Shown: one piece after another, positions 28,046-40,129 of the stretch | Layout: the number at the start of each line of letters is the position of its first letter | How positions within the stretch are numbered: the first letter of the stretch is position 1 | Assembly: GCF_009914755.1 (NCBI RefSeq) | Contig: NC_060931.1 | Strand: one strand, 5' to 3' | From: the human T2T-CHM13v2.0 reference genome, Homo sapiens | DNA: 64,000 nucleotides | The notes under the pieces: model-generated | What the model was told of the DNA's origin: nothing | Databases searched by the model: none | The model's input: only the letters and a program-made list of their open reading frames with translations | Made by a program: the position numbers and the translations under genes

Positions 28046-28695
28046 AAAAGTTTTAAAATTTAAACCAGTGTGCATTCCTAGGGCAAACCCCACTTGTTCA
28101 TGATACAGTTTCCTTTTAACATTTTGCTGAGTCAGATTTGCTAATATTTTGTCAAGGCGTTTTTAATGCCTGTATTTATAAGAGATACTCACCAGTTTTT
28201 CTCTTTTTTGTAATGCCCTTGCCAGATGTTTATGTTAGGTTAATTTATTCTCATAAAATAAGTTGGAATGTGTGCAATCCTCTTTTATTTCCAAAAATAT
28301 TTTGTGTAAGATTGGTATCATTATTCCTTGAGGTTTTGATAGAATTTACAAGGAAATCTATGTAACCATAATGTCTTATTTGTGGAAAGTTTTGATATTA
28401 TAAATTTATTTTGTAAATAGGTGTTAAACTACTCCATTAACTTTCTTGTTTTGTGTCAATTTTATAAGTTATGCCTTTCAACAAATTTGTCTGTTTCCTT
28501 TATGTTGTTGAATTTGTTGGCATAAACGTGATTGTATTTTTATTTACTCTATATCTGTAGATTCTACTGTGATATTGTATTACTTTTTTTCCTTGATCAG
28601 TTTTGCTTGGAGTTATCAATTTTGTAACATTTTTTAAATCTTAGTGTTGTGTTTTTTTCTTACTATTGTCTATTTTATATTTCATGAATTTGATA

Positions 28696-28749
28696 TTTCT
28701 TTGATATTTATTGTTTTGTTCCTTTCTTTGATATTTATTGTTTTGTTCC
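28696..28749. repeat. Perfect 27-bp tandem duplication
   Basis: tttctttgatatttattgttttgttcc x2 (28696-28722, 28723-28749). Confidence 0.9.
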
Positions 28750-29329
28750 TTCAGCTTTATGTTTATTTTGCTCTTATTCCTACATTCTTAAAAAGTATAA
28801 TCTTGCCATATTGATTTTAAACCTTTCTTTATTTCTGATATAGGAATTTTAAACTATGAATTTTCCTTCTAATATTTTTATCTGTACTCTACAAAATTTG
28901 ATATGTCATGTTTTCTTTACCTATCATTTCTGAATATTTTCTAATTTCCCTTTAACATTCTTCCATGATCTATGTAATATTTATAAATATGTTGCCTAAT
29001 TTTCAAATATTTTTTAATTTTTAATATATTAGTTTCGCTATTGACTCTTGGGGAGGAGCTATTTGACAGTAGGTCTCCATGTAAAATATTCTTTGCTGGA
29101 AAAAAATGTAGAAAGATGATCAGCTCAAATCTCCTTGTAAACACACTAGTGCTGGACTTTTTGGCAGACCCACTGATGATATTATTGGTAACAGAGTTTT
29201 TATATATGAGAAGCTTTTTAACAGTTCTGTCTATGATTGCCTATGACAAGCACATTTTGGAAGCTATGGATGTATGCGACATGCTTTCTGCAAGATGTTG
29301 CATTAGCTATGTAAATAGACTATAAAATA

Positions 29330-31272
29330 TTATATTTTACCTTTATTCCTTCTCTGATGATCTTCTTTCCTTTATGTAGCTCTGAATTTCTAACATATTT
29401 TTCTTCACTCTGATAAATTAAAAAAGGAATTCTTGCAGAGCAGGACTGCTTATGATAAGTTCCCTTAGTTTTTGTTCATTTGAGAAAGCTTTTTTTTCCT
29501 CTCTTTTGATATATTTCAGTGAATATAGAATTGAAGGTTGGTTTTCTGCTTTCTGTGTTTTATATATTTTATTCCACTCTCTTCTTGTTTACATAGATTC
29601 TGATTGTAATGTCTCTGTAATTTTTATCTTTGTTCCTCTATAGATAAGGATTTGGCAGTTGTGGGGTGAGGCGGATGTGTTTCAATGTTTTCTCTTTGTC
29701 TTTAATTTTCTGCAGTCTGAATATGATATGTTTACATGCACATTTCTGTAGTTGTTATTTATCCTTCAGGTGTTCTCTTAATTTCACAGATCCGTTGTTT
29801 GGTGTCTGCTGTGATTCTTGGAAAAATTATTTGGTACCATTACTTTAAATATTTTTTCTGCTCTGTTCTCTCTTTCCTTTTCTGGTATGTCTATGTTACC
29901 CCTTCTGAAATTGACCAAAAATTCTAAAATATTCTACCCCATCTCCTTAAAAATATTATTTTCTCTTGGCATTTAAGGTTGGGAAGTTTCTATTGATACA
30001 TCTTCCAGTTCACAAATTATTTTCTCTGACATGTCCATTCTAACAATTAGCCCATCAAAGACATTCTTTCTTTCTTTTACAGGGTTTTAAATTTCTAGCA
30101 TTTTCTTTTGATAATTTTTCAGAGTGTCCATTTCTCTGCTTACATTAACCATATGTTCTTTCATGTTGTCCGGTTTTTCTATTGGATCCCCTAACATAGG
30201 AATCATAGTTATTTAAATTCTTTGTTAGTTCTCACTTCTGTGTCATATCTAAGTCTGGTTCTGATACTTGTTTTGTCTCTTTAGATTCTTCTTTCTTGCT
30301 TTTTGGCATGACTTGTTATTTTTTGTTGGAAGCTGGAAATGTTGTATTGTTAATAAGAACTGAGGAACAGAGGCTTTTAGTATGAAATTTTTGTTAAATC
30401 TGACTAGGTGTTGGTTTGTTTTCAGTTTGTCGTAGCTGTAGATGCTAGAGGCTTTAAATTGTTCTAGTGTTTTTTGTTTGTTTGTTTGTTTTGTTCTTCT
30501 TTCTTGACCTTGGCTTTCTTAAGCACTCCTCAGAGTCTGTGTCTTTTATCTCTTTAAGCTGTAATCCATTGTTATTATACTGGGATCCTGCTAGTGATAT
30601 TGTAAGGTGTGAGGGGAAGGAAGCATTGTCTATACACTTAGGATCCAACCTCAGTCTTTTGGTGAGCCCCTGTCTTTGGTCTTTGAACTTGACAATTATT
30701 CTCTAGTGGTATGGTAACCTTCACTTTCAATCCACATACCTAAGGTGAAACCAGAAGGCTACAGAGATCTAAGGTTGGAAGAATGCTTTTCCTCCAACTG
30801 AAATAAAGCTCTGGTAATGGTTTTCTCCTGGAGAATAAGTTTGTGTTGTGTAGAATACTGTGAGTTTATTTCAGAATGTTTACTCTTTTCCCCCTACCAG
30901 AGTCAGGACATCCTTCTAAGATCTTCGCCATGAGAAGCTGGTAGGGTTTTAGAAGTAAAACCCATGAAAGAGTGGGGGTACCCCTAGATAGTACCCATAA
31001 TTTTTCACTCTCATAATTATCCACCCACAACTCCAAGCAATTCATCAGAATTACCAGTCAAGTGGCAGTTTATAGCTTTAGTAGCTTCTTTTCTAGATAA
31101 GCAGGTCTCATTTGACACTGAGGATTCTGAATGGTGGTTTTTCCCATAACCTCAGTTCTGTGATAGATTCAAGAAAGTTTGGTTGATTTCAAATTTGTTC
31201 AGATTTTTTTCTTACAAGTTTAGGATTGATGATTTCCAAGTTCTTTGTAAGTCAGAGCTCAAACTGGAAGTC
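29330..31272 (-). mobile_element. Old L1M relic (inter-ORF, ORF1, 5'UTR)
   Basis: 'ttctgcagtctgaatatgatatg', 'tcttccagttcacaaattattttctctg'; ends at 'gtcagagctcaaactggaagtc'. Confidence 0.7.
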
Positions 31273-31274
31273 CT

Positions 31275-33830
31275 CTGTTCATTTTTTTTCCAATCAATTT
31301 TCTCTCTGTTTTTTCAGATTGGGTAATTTCAATTGTTCTGTTTTTGAATTTATTGATTCTCTATCCCTCCATTCTGTTTGACCCATCCACTGGGGTTTTA
31401 TTTTAGTTATTACAGTTTTAAATTCTAAAATTCCATTTTTTATATCATATATTCTCACTAAGCTATTCTATTTTTCCATTTGTTTCAAGTGTGTTCTGAA
31501 TTATTGTTGAAGCATTTTTATGACAGCTGTTTTAAAATCTTTTCAGGTGATCCTAACATCTTTATCATGTTGGCGATGGCATCTATTGATTTACTTCTTT
31601 TTATCCAATTTAAGATCTTTCTGGTTCTTGAATGTTGAGTAACTTTTTTTTTCCCATTGGAACCTGGGCATTGTGAGTATTATTACATGAATCTATGACT
31701 CTTGTTCAAATCTTCTGTTTGTTTATTTATTTATTTTTTAACTTTTAAGTTCAGGGGTACATGTGAAGGTTTGTTACATAAGTAAACATGTCATGGGGGT
31801 TTGTTGTACAGATTGTTTCATAACCCAGACATTACTAAGCCTAGTACCCATTATTTTTCCGAATTCTCTCCCTCTCCCATCTTCCACCCTCCAACAGGCC
31901 CCATTGTGTGTTGTTTCCTTCTATGTGTCCATGGGTTCCCATAATTTAGCTACCACTTATAAGGGAGAATATGCAGTATTTGGTTTTCTGTTCCTGCGTT
32001 ACTTTGCTGAGGATAATGGCCTCCAGCTTCATCCATGTCCCTACAAAGGACATGATCTCATTCTTTTTTATGGTTGCATAGTATTCCATGGTATATATGT
32101 ATCACATTTTCTTTATCCAGCCTATCACTGATGAACATTTCCATGCCTTTGCTATTGTGAAAAGTGTCGCAATGAACATATGTGTGCATGTGTCTTTATA
32201 ATAGTATGGTTTATATTCTTTGGGGTACCTACCCAGTAATTGGGTTGCTGAGTTGAATGGTATTTCTATCTTTATGTCTTTGAGGAATCGCCACATTTTT
32301 CCACAATGGTTGAACTAATATACACTCCCAACAGCAATGTATAAGCATCCTTTTTCTCCACAACCTCGCTAGCATCTGTTATTTTTTTACTTTTTAATAA
32401 AACCCATTTTGACTGGTGTGAGATGGTATCTCATTGTGCTTTTCTATTTGCATTTCTCTAGTAATCAGCGGTGTTGAGCCTTTTTTTATATGATTGTTAT
32501 CTGCATATATGTCTTCTTTTTGAAAAGTGTCTGTTCATGTCCTTTGCCCTCTTGTTTACCGTGTTTTTTTTCTTGTAAATTTGTTTAAGTTCCTTATAGA
32601 TGCTGGATATTAGACCTTTGTCAGATGCATAGTTTGCTAAAATTTTCTCCCATTGTGTAGTTGACCTGTTTACCCTGTTGATAGTTTGTTTTGCTGTGCA
32701 GAAGCTCTTTAGTTTAACTAGATCCTATTTATCAATTTTTGCTTTTGTTGCAATTGCTTTTGGTGTCTTCATCATGAAATCTTTGCCTATGCCTATGTCC
32801 TCAGTGGTATGCCTAGGTTATTTTTCATGGTTTTTATAGTCTGGGATTTTACATTTGAAATCTTCTGTTTTAGCTTCTTCTTCTGGCAGTGCTCTAGCAG
32901 GAGAAGGAGATAGGGTGCCACTTTATGGCAGCCATATAGTGGTGGAAGTCCATGTTCTCCCCTTGGCTTCCACTGGTAACCAAGAGAGAGGGACTCCTGT
33001 TTACTAGGGGTAGCCATAGAAATTCCAGCTTCTCACTAAACCTACACTGACACCTTCCTGGCTAGGAGAGGTTAAAGTGTCTTGTCATTGCTCTCAATGT
33101 CAACTCCACTCACTCCACATGGGGTAGAGGAGGACCTCCTTATGCTAGTCGGTGGTGAAAGTCCTGACATTTTTCTAGGCTTCCTCTTATCCCACAGCAG
33201 AAGAGAGGTAGAAATGTGTGTGTTTACTGCTGCATGAGGATGGAGTTTAGGCTCCCAACATTCTCTCCCATGACACTGGATGAGTGTCTTATTCTGGCCC
33301 AACAGAGAGGAGAGTCCTGGCTTCTTACTTGGCTGTCTCTAACACTCTCCTGGGGATTGCGGCACCTCATAATAGCTTGACCAGTGTGGAAGTCTAGGAC
33401 CTCCACTCGGCATTTGCTTGAGTAGTGGGAGGTGGGGCCACAGTTTCTTCTCACGTGTTTGGCTGCAGTAGACCAATTATTATCTAAAACTACTGTTTCT
33501 TTCTAAGCTATATATTTTCTGGTCCTTTTGATAGAAGGCAGACTTTTTTTTTTTTTTTTTTTTTTGCGGGTCGGGGGTGGATTTGCTTGTCGGTACCTAT
33601 TCTGTACCCATTAGTGTTTCTAAATTATCTTCTTCAGTTTCAAACATGGCACATATAAGGCAAAAACAAAACCTAGAGAATGTGCCACCATGTTGTTCCT
33701 TGGGTCCTGATGTTTTACTCTAATCTATATTTTCAGGCCTTCTTATATTTCTCTTATATAGTGTTCAGCATTTAGAAGAAGGAATAAGGAATAAGGAAAA
33801 CTGTTGACTACTACATCTCTTCCGATGGAA
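31275..33830 (-). mobile_element. Second old L1M ORF1/5'UTR relic with degenerate monomer array, interrupted by L1PA
   Basis: 'ttttcagattgggtaatttcaattg'; repeated 'gaagtc(c/t)ag..ctcc.cact.ggc' units at 32940-33420. Confidence 0.65.
31721..32857 (-). mobile_element. 5'-truncated L1PA13-15-like with 13-bp TSD
   Basis: 'acttttaagttcaggggtacatgtgaaggtttgttacat'; ORF2 remnant 32102..32296; TSD aaatcttctgttt at 31708-31720 and 32858-32870. Confidence 0.95.
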
Positions 33831-33839
33831 ACCACATTT

Positions 33840-34765
33840 TATAAATCTATTATTTCAATTTTTTCTGTAAATTCTTGAACTTATATATAATAGGTTATTT
33901 TTCAATCTTCGTTAGTTCTAATATTTAGGTTATTTATAGGTATACTCTGTTGATTTGTTTTCTAGATCATAGGTCCTATATTTCTTTTTCTCAAACTTCA
34001 AAATACTTAATTTTACATTAAATTTCATATATAGAAAAACAGAGGAGTTTCAAGTATACTCTTGTTTGTTTGGTTTTCCCAGAGAACAATAACTCTTTCT
34101 GGCAGCTAAGACAAGAAGATGATCATTCAGATTTCATCAGGAGTCAAGTTGCTGTGGATCTGGCCTGTGTTTTAGAAATGATGAGCTTACTTTCTAACTT
34201 CATCAGCAGTGTTCTGCACAGTGGCAGCTGCCTCCTCTTTGACCTCTATGCTTGAGCTAACAGATCTTGGGCTATCGTTTTGCCTTTGATTTCGTTGCTA
34301 GCAGATTTTTTAGTTCCAAATATCATGAGAATGCACAACTCTACTCAAATTATCATTTTTTTCTTCAGGACAATTTTGAGTGTATGGATGGATTCTGATG
34401 ATAAGCAAATTGTTGCTATGTTTGATAGTCATTCTTACCATAATCCAGGCTGCTCACTCCCAGCAGCGCCAGTAGCTCTGCAGGCCCTTCCTTGATCTGG
34501 CAAGGTTTGTGGAAAACTAGCTCTTTCACTGGCCCAAACTCCAACATGATGTTTGTCCCAAATCCCCAGAGAGTTATGTTGGATGGCTGTTCAACTATGA
34601 AATGCTCTTCTCTTTGTAAATTAACTTATCTAGGCTTTCTTGTGTCAATCGCTCTTTGATAGTCTCATAGACATGATTTGTATTTGATTCAGTTATTTCC
34701 TGATCTAATTACAAGAATAAAGGTATTTTGTGTTCTTTTACATCTTAATCATAACAGAATTTTCA
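33840..34765 (-). mobile_element. Third old L1M 5' relic
   Basis: 'aattcttgaacttatatataataggttatt', 'cccagagaacaataactctttctggcag'; very degenerate. Confidence 0.45.
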
Positions 34766-34980
34766 AGAACTTAAGGATCTAAATATTTAACTATTTTCTC
34801 ATCAAATGAATATAAGTCATTGTGAGGAGTCTTATTTCTTCTAGCAAAGAGTTGTGAGAAGCATGAGGTTTGATGTCAGACTATTTTAACTAAAATTTCA
34901 CAAGTATTTAAGTGTATTTTATACAGGAAAGAAAAGCTTTATGTATTAAACTCACATCATGTACTAGCTCACTTTTAAAA

Positions 34981-35150
34981 GTATGCATAAAAATATGTAT
35001 ATACATATGCACACATGTAGATACATATATACATGTGCATGTGTACACATGTATCTATATCTGTATGTATACCTATATGTAAATATATATGTTTCTGTAT
35101 CTATATGTGTGGGTATATATGTATATATATGTATCTATAGCTATATATTT
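34981..35150. repeat. (TA/CA/TG)n alternating purine-pyrimidine low-complexity tract
   Basis: atatgcacacatgtagatacatatatacatgtgcatgtgtacacatgtatctatatc... Confidence 0.85.
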
Positions 35151-35159
35151 TCATTAAGA

Positions 35160-35255
35160 TTTTGAGAGAGGAATAACATATTATCCATATTTTGAGGATG
35201 AGAAACTGAGGCACCATGAAGTAGAATTGAATTCAAACCCTAGCCTGCTTGGCCT
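35160..35255 (-). mobile_element. MIR fragment
   Basis: 'attatccatattttgaggatgagaaactgaggcac...gaattcaaaccc'. Confidence 0.75.
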
Positions 35256-35449
35256 GTATTTTAGCTTAGATAAGCCTAAGTCACAACATTGACTTGGTAG
35301 ACACTTAATAAAGCAAAGTATTATTATATTCTAGGACAAACAGCAAGATAGTTTTATCAATAAGACGATTCCTATTGATTCATATGAATTATTTTTCAAT
35401 TATTCATAAATAAGTTTTATTTGAAAATATGTGGTTGTTATGAACTGAA

Positions 35450-35740
35450 GAATTGTAAAACTATTGATTTTTTATAATAGAAGACATTTTAAGATTATGT
35501 AATCTATGTAATGTTATGGATTACATACATTATGCAAATATGTAATTTGTAATTACACGAATTACAAAATTGTTGATGTTTTATGATAGAAAAGACTACG
35601 ATTATATAGTTAATCTATGTAAAGCTATGCATTACATACATTATGCAAATATGTAATTTGTAATTACAAGAATTACAAAATTATTGATTTTTTATGACAG
35701 AAAAGACTTTATGTAGTTAATAATCTCTGTAATGTTATGC
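35450..35740. repeat. 111-bp tandem repeat, ~2.6 copies
   Basis: 'ttacatacattatgcaaatatgtaatttgtaattaca' at 35521 and 35632 (period 111). Confidence 0.9.
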
Positions 35741-36479
35741 AAGAAGAAACGAAGACCCCCAAATTTCCACAGATGAGTGGGGAAACATAATGGCATTCAA
35801 AATGATGAGTAAGATAGAATAAAGAAAGCCACTGCCTTATCTTGCTTGAAAGAAAAATGTAGCATTTTATCATAAACATTTGCTTCTTGGCATACAAACA
35901 GTTGTTTTACCCAGAAAATTTCTAGGAGAAGCCAGGCTTACTCTGATGATATTTATTGAACTGTGAATTCCTTGAGGGAGAAAATAAATCTTTCTCATTT
36001 TGACTCATCACAGTGGCCACCATTAAGTAAAATCTCAACAAATACAGACTTCATTGAAAAGCATTAAATTGGATTGAGCTGTGGAGTTTTGAACATCTGT
36101 GAAATGTATGTTAAAAATGTATTTTATTTATTGTTCTTCTTTGTCTTGAAAGTCAAATATATGTATGTTGGGGTAGGCAAGGATTAGGTGGCAATGCTGA
36201 GAGAATCTCTTATCCAAATTGGCCAAGCCTTAAAGGAAGGTACAGTAAAATCTGCTTCCTTGGATAGAGGCTTACTGAAGTGTAGAAATTTGCAAGCTCA
36301 CTAGTGGTGAGAGCCTGCCTAAGAAACTGGCACGCATTCCCCAGAGTTTGGAGACAGACATGTTTTATTTTTACTATTGTGAAGAATGGCATTGTATATG
36401 TGTTATTTTTTGTGATTATCCCCACAGAATAAATTCTTAGAATTAGAATTGTTCATCCTAAAGTTATGCTTTTTGGAAC

Positions 36480-36956
36480 TCTACAGGAAAGAGTTAACAT
36501 AGCACGCCTGAGACTGTTATCCATTCAGGCCTACTTGTAAGGTTGGCTAGTGTCTGGAAACTTGGTTTTAGGGAGTGCTCTGCTACCCTAAAGAGAAGAA
36601 TGGCTCACTGTACCTAAACTGTACAAACAAAGTGAACACTTGCTTTCTTTGTAAGAGTCTGGAAGTTTGATACATACTTATCAGAGGGTGCCTATGTGAC
36701 CAGAACCCAATAAAACCCTTGTGCACTTTGTCCCTTACTTATGAGCTTCCAGTCTGTTAGATAACATTTCCCACAAGTTGTTACAACTTTTTGCTGGGGA
36801 AATTAAGCAGGGCACTGTAGCTCCAGTAGGACAGGACTCTTGAAATCTTTCCCGTGGTTTCCTCTGGGTTCTCCATGTGCCTTTTCTCTTTGCTGAGTTT
36901 GCTGTTTATCCCTTTGTGGTGATAAATCGTAGCTGTGGGTATGATTAGATGCTGAG
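36480..36956 (+). mobile_element. MER68-like ERVL LTR
   Basis: 'aaagagttaacatagcacgcctgagactg...cagagggtgcctatgtgaccagaacccaataaaaccc'. Confidence 0.8.
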
Positions 36957-37056
36957 GAAATGCTCATTTTGTGTAAACGATGAAGAATGTATTTTCTGTC
37001 TAGTAAAAAGGCTCATTACCAATGCACTTGGGACACAGTAGTACATGTGTAATTAA

Positions 37057-37250
37057 TTTTTTTTTTTTTTTTGAGACAGAGTCTCACTCTGTTGCCAGAC
37101 TATGGTGCAGTGACGCCATCTCGGCTCACCACAATCTCCGCCTCCTGGGTTCAAGTGATTCACCTACCTCAGCTTCCTGAGTAGCTGGGACTATAGGAGC
37201 CCGCCACCACACCTGGCTAATGTTTTGTATTTTAGTAGAGACAGGGTTTC
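37057..37250 (-). mobile_element. 5'-truncated AluS-like with 9-bp TSD
   Basis: polyT-gagacagagtctcactc...tagagacagggtttc; TSD gtaattaat at 37049-37057 and 37254-37262. Confidence 0.92.
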
Positions 37251-38064
37251 GGGGTAATTAATAATTTTAAAACATTTAATAAAGTTGGAAATATTAAATA
37301 TGCATTAGTTTAAGTAATTTCATCTTTTTCTAAAAATATTTAAATATATGCATTCATAATTGTTTAATGGATAGACAAGCTATTTTCTTTGATTATGGGT
37401 AACTTGATTGGAATTTTTCATTGTTTTGCTTTCATAAACAACATCTATAATACATTATCTGTGATTCTCAATTTTGTTTTACTTTTAAATAGGAGATAAA
37501 AATTAAGGCTTACATGATGCAAACTGTATGCAGAATCTTTCTAGACTTTAATATTTTGTATTTTACTGCTCTCAACCATAGCTCAACAATTATTTTTAGC
37601 AATTATTTTATTGAGGTTTTCATAGCAATCAGAGCATGGATTTAATTAGGAAAGCTCCTTGTTTTACATTCTCTGTTAATATAATATACCGTTACAGAAT
37701 TACAGTAAGAAAATATGATGTAATCTTGTTTGAGAACAAATACAACTGTCTTCTGAGAAATGTTGGTGGGAGCAGAACTGTTCTGGTGTACTGGTCATGC
37801 ATATGAGTCCATAAGTTTCATGGAGGGAATGAAGCCTGTTAGTCAGTCTAGAGATTTGGCTTATTGGAGAATGTTTTAAAAAATTCAACTATGTCAATAA
37901 TAGACATAGGCATCAAAAAATAAATACATAATAAAATGACTAGGGTTGATGTTACATTATGGTAAGAACACATATCAAGAAATTTGAATATTACAGAGAT
38001 GAGGAAAACAAATGGAATATGTGCATAGGGATAAAATACATAATAAGGAACAAAAGTAAGACAA

Positions 38065-38190
38065 ATGATTTATTCATGCAATTAATACATGCTGAATAAA
38101 TCATACATCTTAGCAATGACAGACATTAGAGATAATTTGAACAAAAGAGAGAAGACTTCTGCTTTCATGAATGTCATAGATTAATGAAAT
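38065..38190 (-). mobile_element. L2 3'-end fragment
   Basis: 'atttattcatgc...tgaacaaaagagagaagacttctgctttcatgaatgtcataga'. Confidence 0.5.
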
Positions 38191-38632
38191 CAAAATAATA
38201 GAAAGAACTAAAAAACTAATAAAATTTTTAATATACATTATGTTGCAGAAAGACAGACTATATAAATAACAATATTTAATACATTGGCTTAAAATAAAAA
38301 GCAAGTAATTTTTAGCATTTTTCTTACATAATTCTTATTCACTTAATTTAACTGAAAAGAGAATGCTCATATTAGCTGAATTTTTATCTTTTTAAAGTTT
38401 TATTTTATTTTAGTTGACACATACATACATATCCATTTAGTGCAATTGGATAATTCATGCTTTGGTCTTCAATTATCAGGGATTTTAGTGTTTAAAATAT
38501 AAAACTCTCTATGTTTGCAAATCAGTGTTTTAAAATGAACGACAATAAAGTTTAGTTATTAATCCATTAGAGTTTCTTTTGAAAATCTTCAGTTTTTATC
38601 ATTTGATCATTTATAAATAAAAGAAACAACCA

Positions 38633-38948
38633 GGCCAGGTATGATGGTGGCTCACTCCTCTAATCCCAGCACTTTGGGAGGCCAAGGTGGGTAGACCGCT
38701 TGAGCTTGGAAGTTTGAGACCAGCCTGACCAACATGGCGAAATCTCATCTCTACCAGAAACGTAAAATTTAGCCAGGCCTGGTGGCACAAGCCTGTAGTC
38801 CTAGGTACTCAGGAGGCTGAGATGAGAGGATTGTTTGAACCCAAGAGGGCGAGGGTGCAGTGAGCCAAGACTGCACCATTGCACTCCAGCCTGGTGACAG
38901 AGTGAGACCCCACTGCAAAAAAAAAAAAAAAAAAAGAAGAAGAAGAAT
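38633..38948 (+). mobile_element. AluJ-like
   Basis: Full dimer with J-type 'gcttgagc...gagaggattgtttgaaccc'; TSD gaaacaac(c/t)a at 38623-38632 and 38949-38958. Confidence 0.93.
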
Positions 38949-39186
38949 GAAACAACTAGCGTGCAATGTTTAAAATCTGACTTTCCCAACATATGCAAAA
39001 TTATCAGGTTTCATTCTCTAGGAAAAAAAAAATACATTTAACTCTGAATGTTATTTTTGCAGATTAAAGACATGATAAATAAATCAGCATTTATTTAGTG
39101 GGTTAGATGAGCTTGAAATGGAAATAGCCATCGAAGTGCCTCTTATAAAATCATTTTGCAACAAAATGCATTAAGAATCTTAATGT

Positions 39187-39490
39187 GGCTGTGCGCAGTG
39201 GCTCACGCCTGTAATCCCAGCACTTTTGGAGGGCAAGGAGGGTGGATCGTGAGGTCAGGATTTCGAGACCAGCCTGGCCAACATGGTGAAACCCTGTCTG
39301 TACTAAAGATACAAAAAATTATCAGGGTATGGTGGCGCACGCTTGTAATCCCAGCTACTCAGGAGGCTGAGGCAGGAGAATCGCTGAACCTGGGAGGCAG
39401 AGGTTGCAGTGAGCCGAGATTGCGCCACTGCATTCCAGCCTGGGCGACAGGGAAAGACTCCGTCTCAAAAAATAAAAAAAAATTAAAAAA
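39187..39490 (+). mobile_element. AluSg-like
   Basis: Full dimer, 'ggatcgtgaggtcagga', 'ggccaacatggtg', A tail. Confidence 0.95.
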
Positions 39491-39944
39491 TCTGAATTCA
39501 GACAGGAGCCTTTATGGTGTGTGCATTATAAACGTCACTCCTTAACAACCAATCCACAGATTATGGGAAGAAACAACAACAATGGTATTATGAAAGCAAA
39601 ACAAAACAAAAACCAGATGGAAACTCCATCTTTGGTTTGCTTTACTTTCTTATTTGTTTTTTTTTTCTTTGTTTAAAAACATCTGTCTAAATTACATAAT
39701 GTTTTAGTATATATGCAGTACTTTTTTAACAAGGTATTCTTAATGCTATATTCTAATCTGATGCTTCTCTCAAGGGATAACCATTACAACCTTTTGTAAT
39801 GTTTCAAGACTATCTTTCTCTCCCCACCACCTCCACCCCACCCCATAGAACTTTTCTTTTGGTCCAAGAATTTTGTCCAATATACACAGCTCAAAACAAA
39901 AGTTCCTTAGTACTCTGTTTACATTTTAAATGAGCCATAAATAA

Positions 39945-40118
39945 AACCCCAGCATTTGGCGCTAAATATTTATCCTCATAGTCTACAGATTAAAACTACA
40001 CGCACCGAAAGTTAGCGAGTGATTCATCGAAGACCATATCTAAAGCTAAGTAGCAAACGTAGGATACAAACCTAGACAATCTGCCTCCAGAGCCAGTGGG
40101 CTTAACCACTATAATGTG
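39945..40118 (-). mobile_element. MIR
   Basis: 'ggatacaaacctagacaatctgcctccagagccagtgggcttaaccacta'. Confidence 0.75.
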
Positions 40119-40129
40119 CTCCTTTTATA

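Noticed and set aside
28941-29144. Minus-strand ORF containing kinase-like 'NILHGDL'
   Set aside because: No following kinase motifs (KxxN, DFG), and the frame runs into L1 sequence; likely coincidence.
35450-35740. Possible CRISPR-like repeat-spacer array
   Set aside because: The intervening sequence is also repeated (a tandem duplication), there are only ~2.6 units, and the context is primate DNA with no cas genes.
39156-39545. Longest ORF in the window (129 aa)
   Set aside because: Almost entirely an AluSg read-through; typical Alu-derived peptide.
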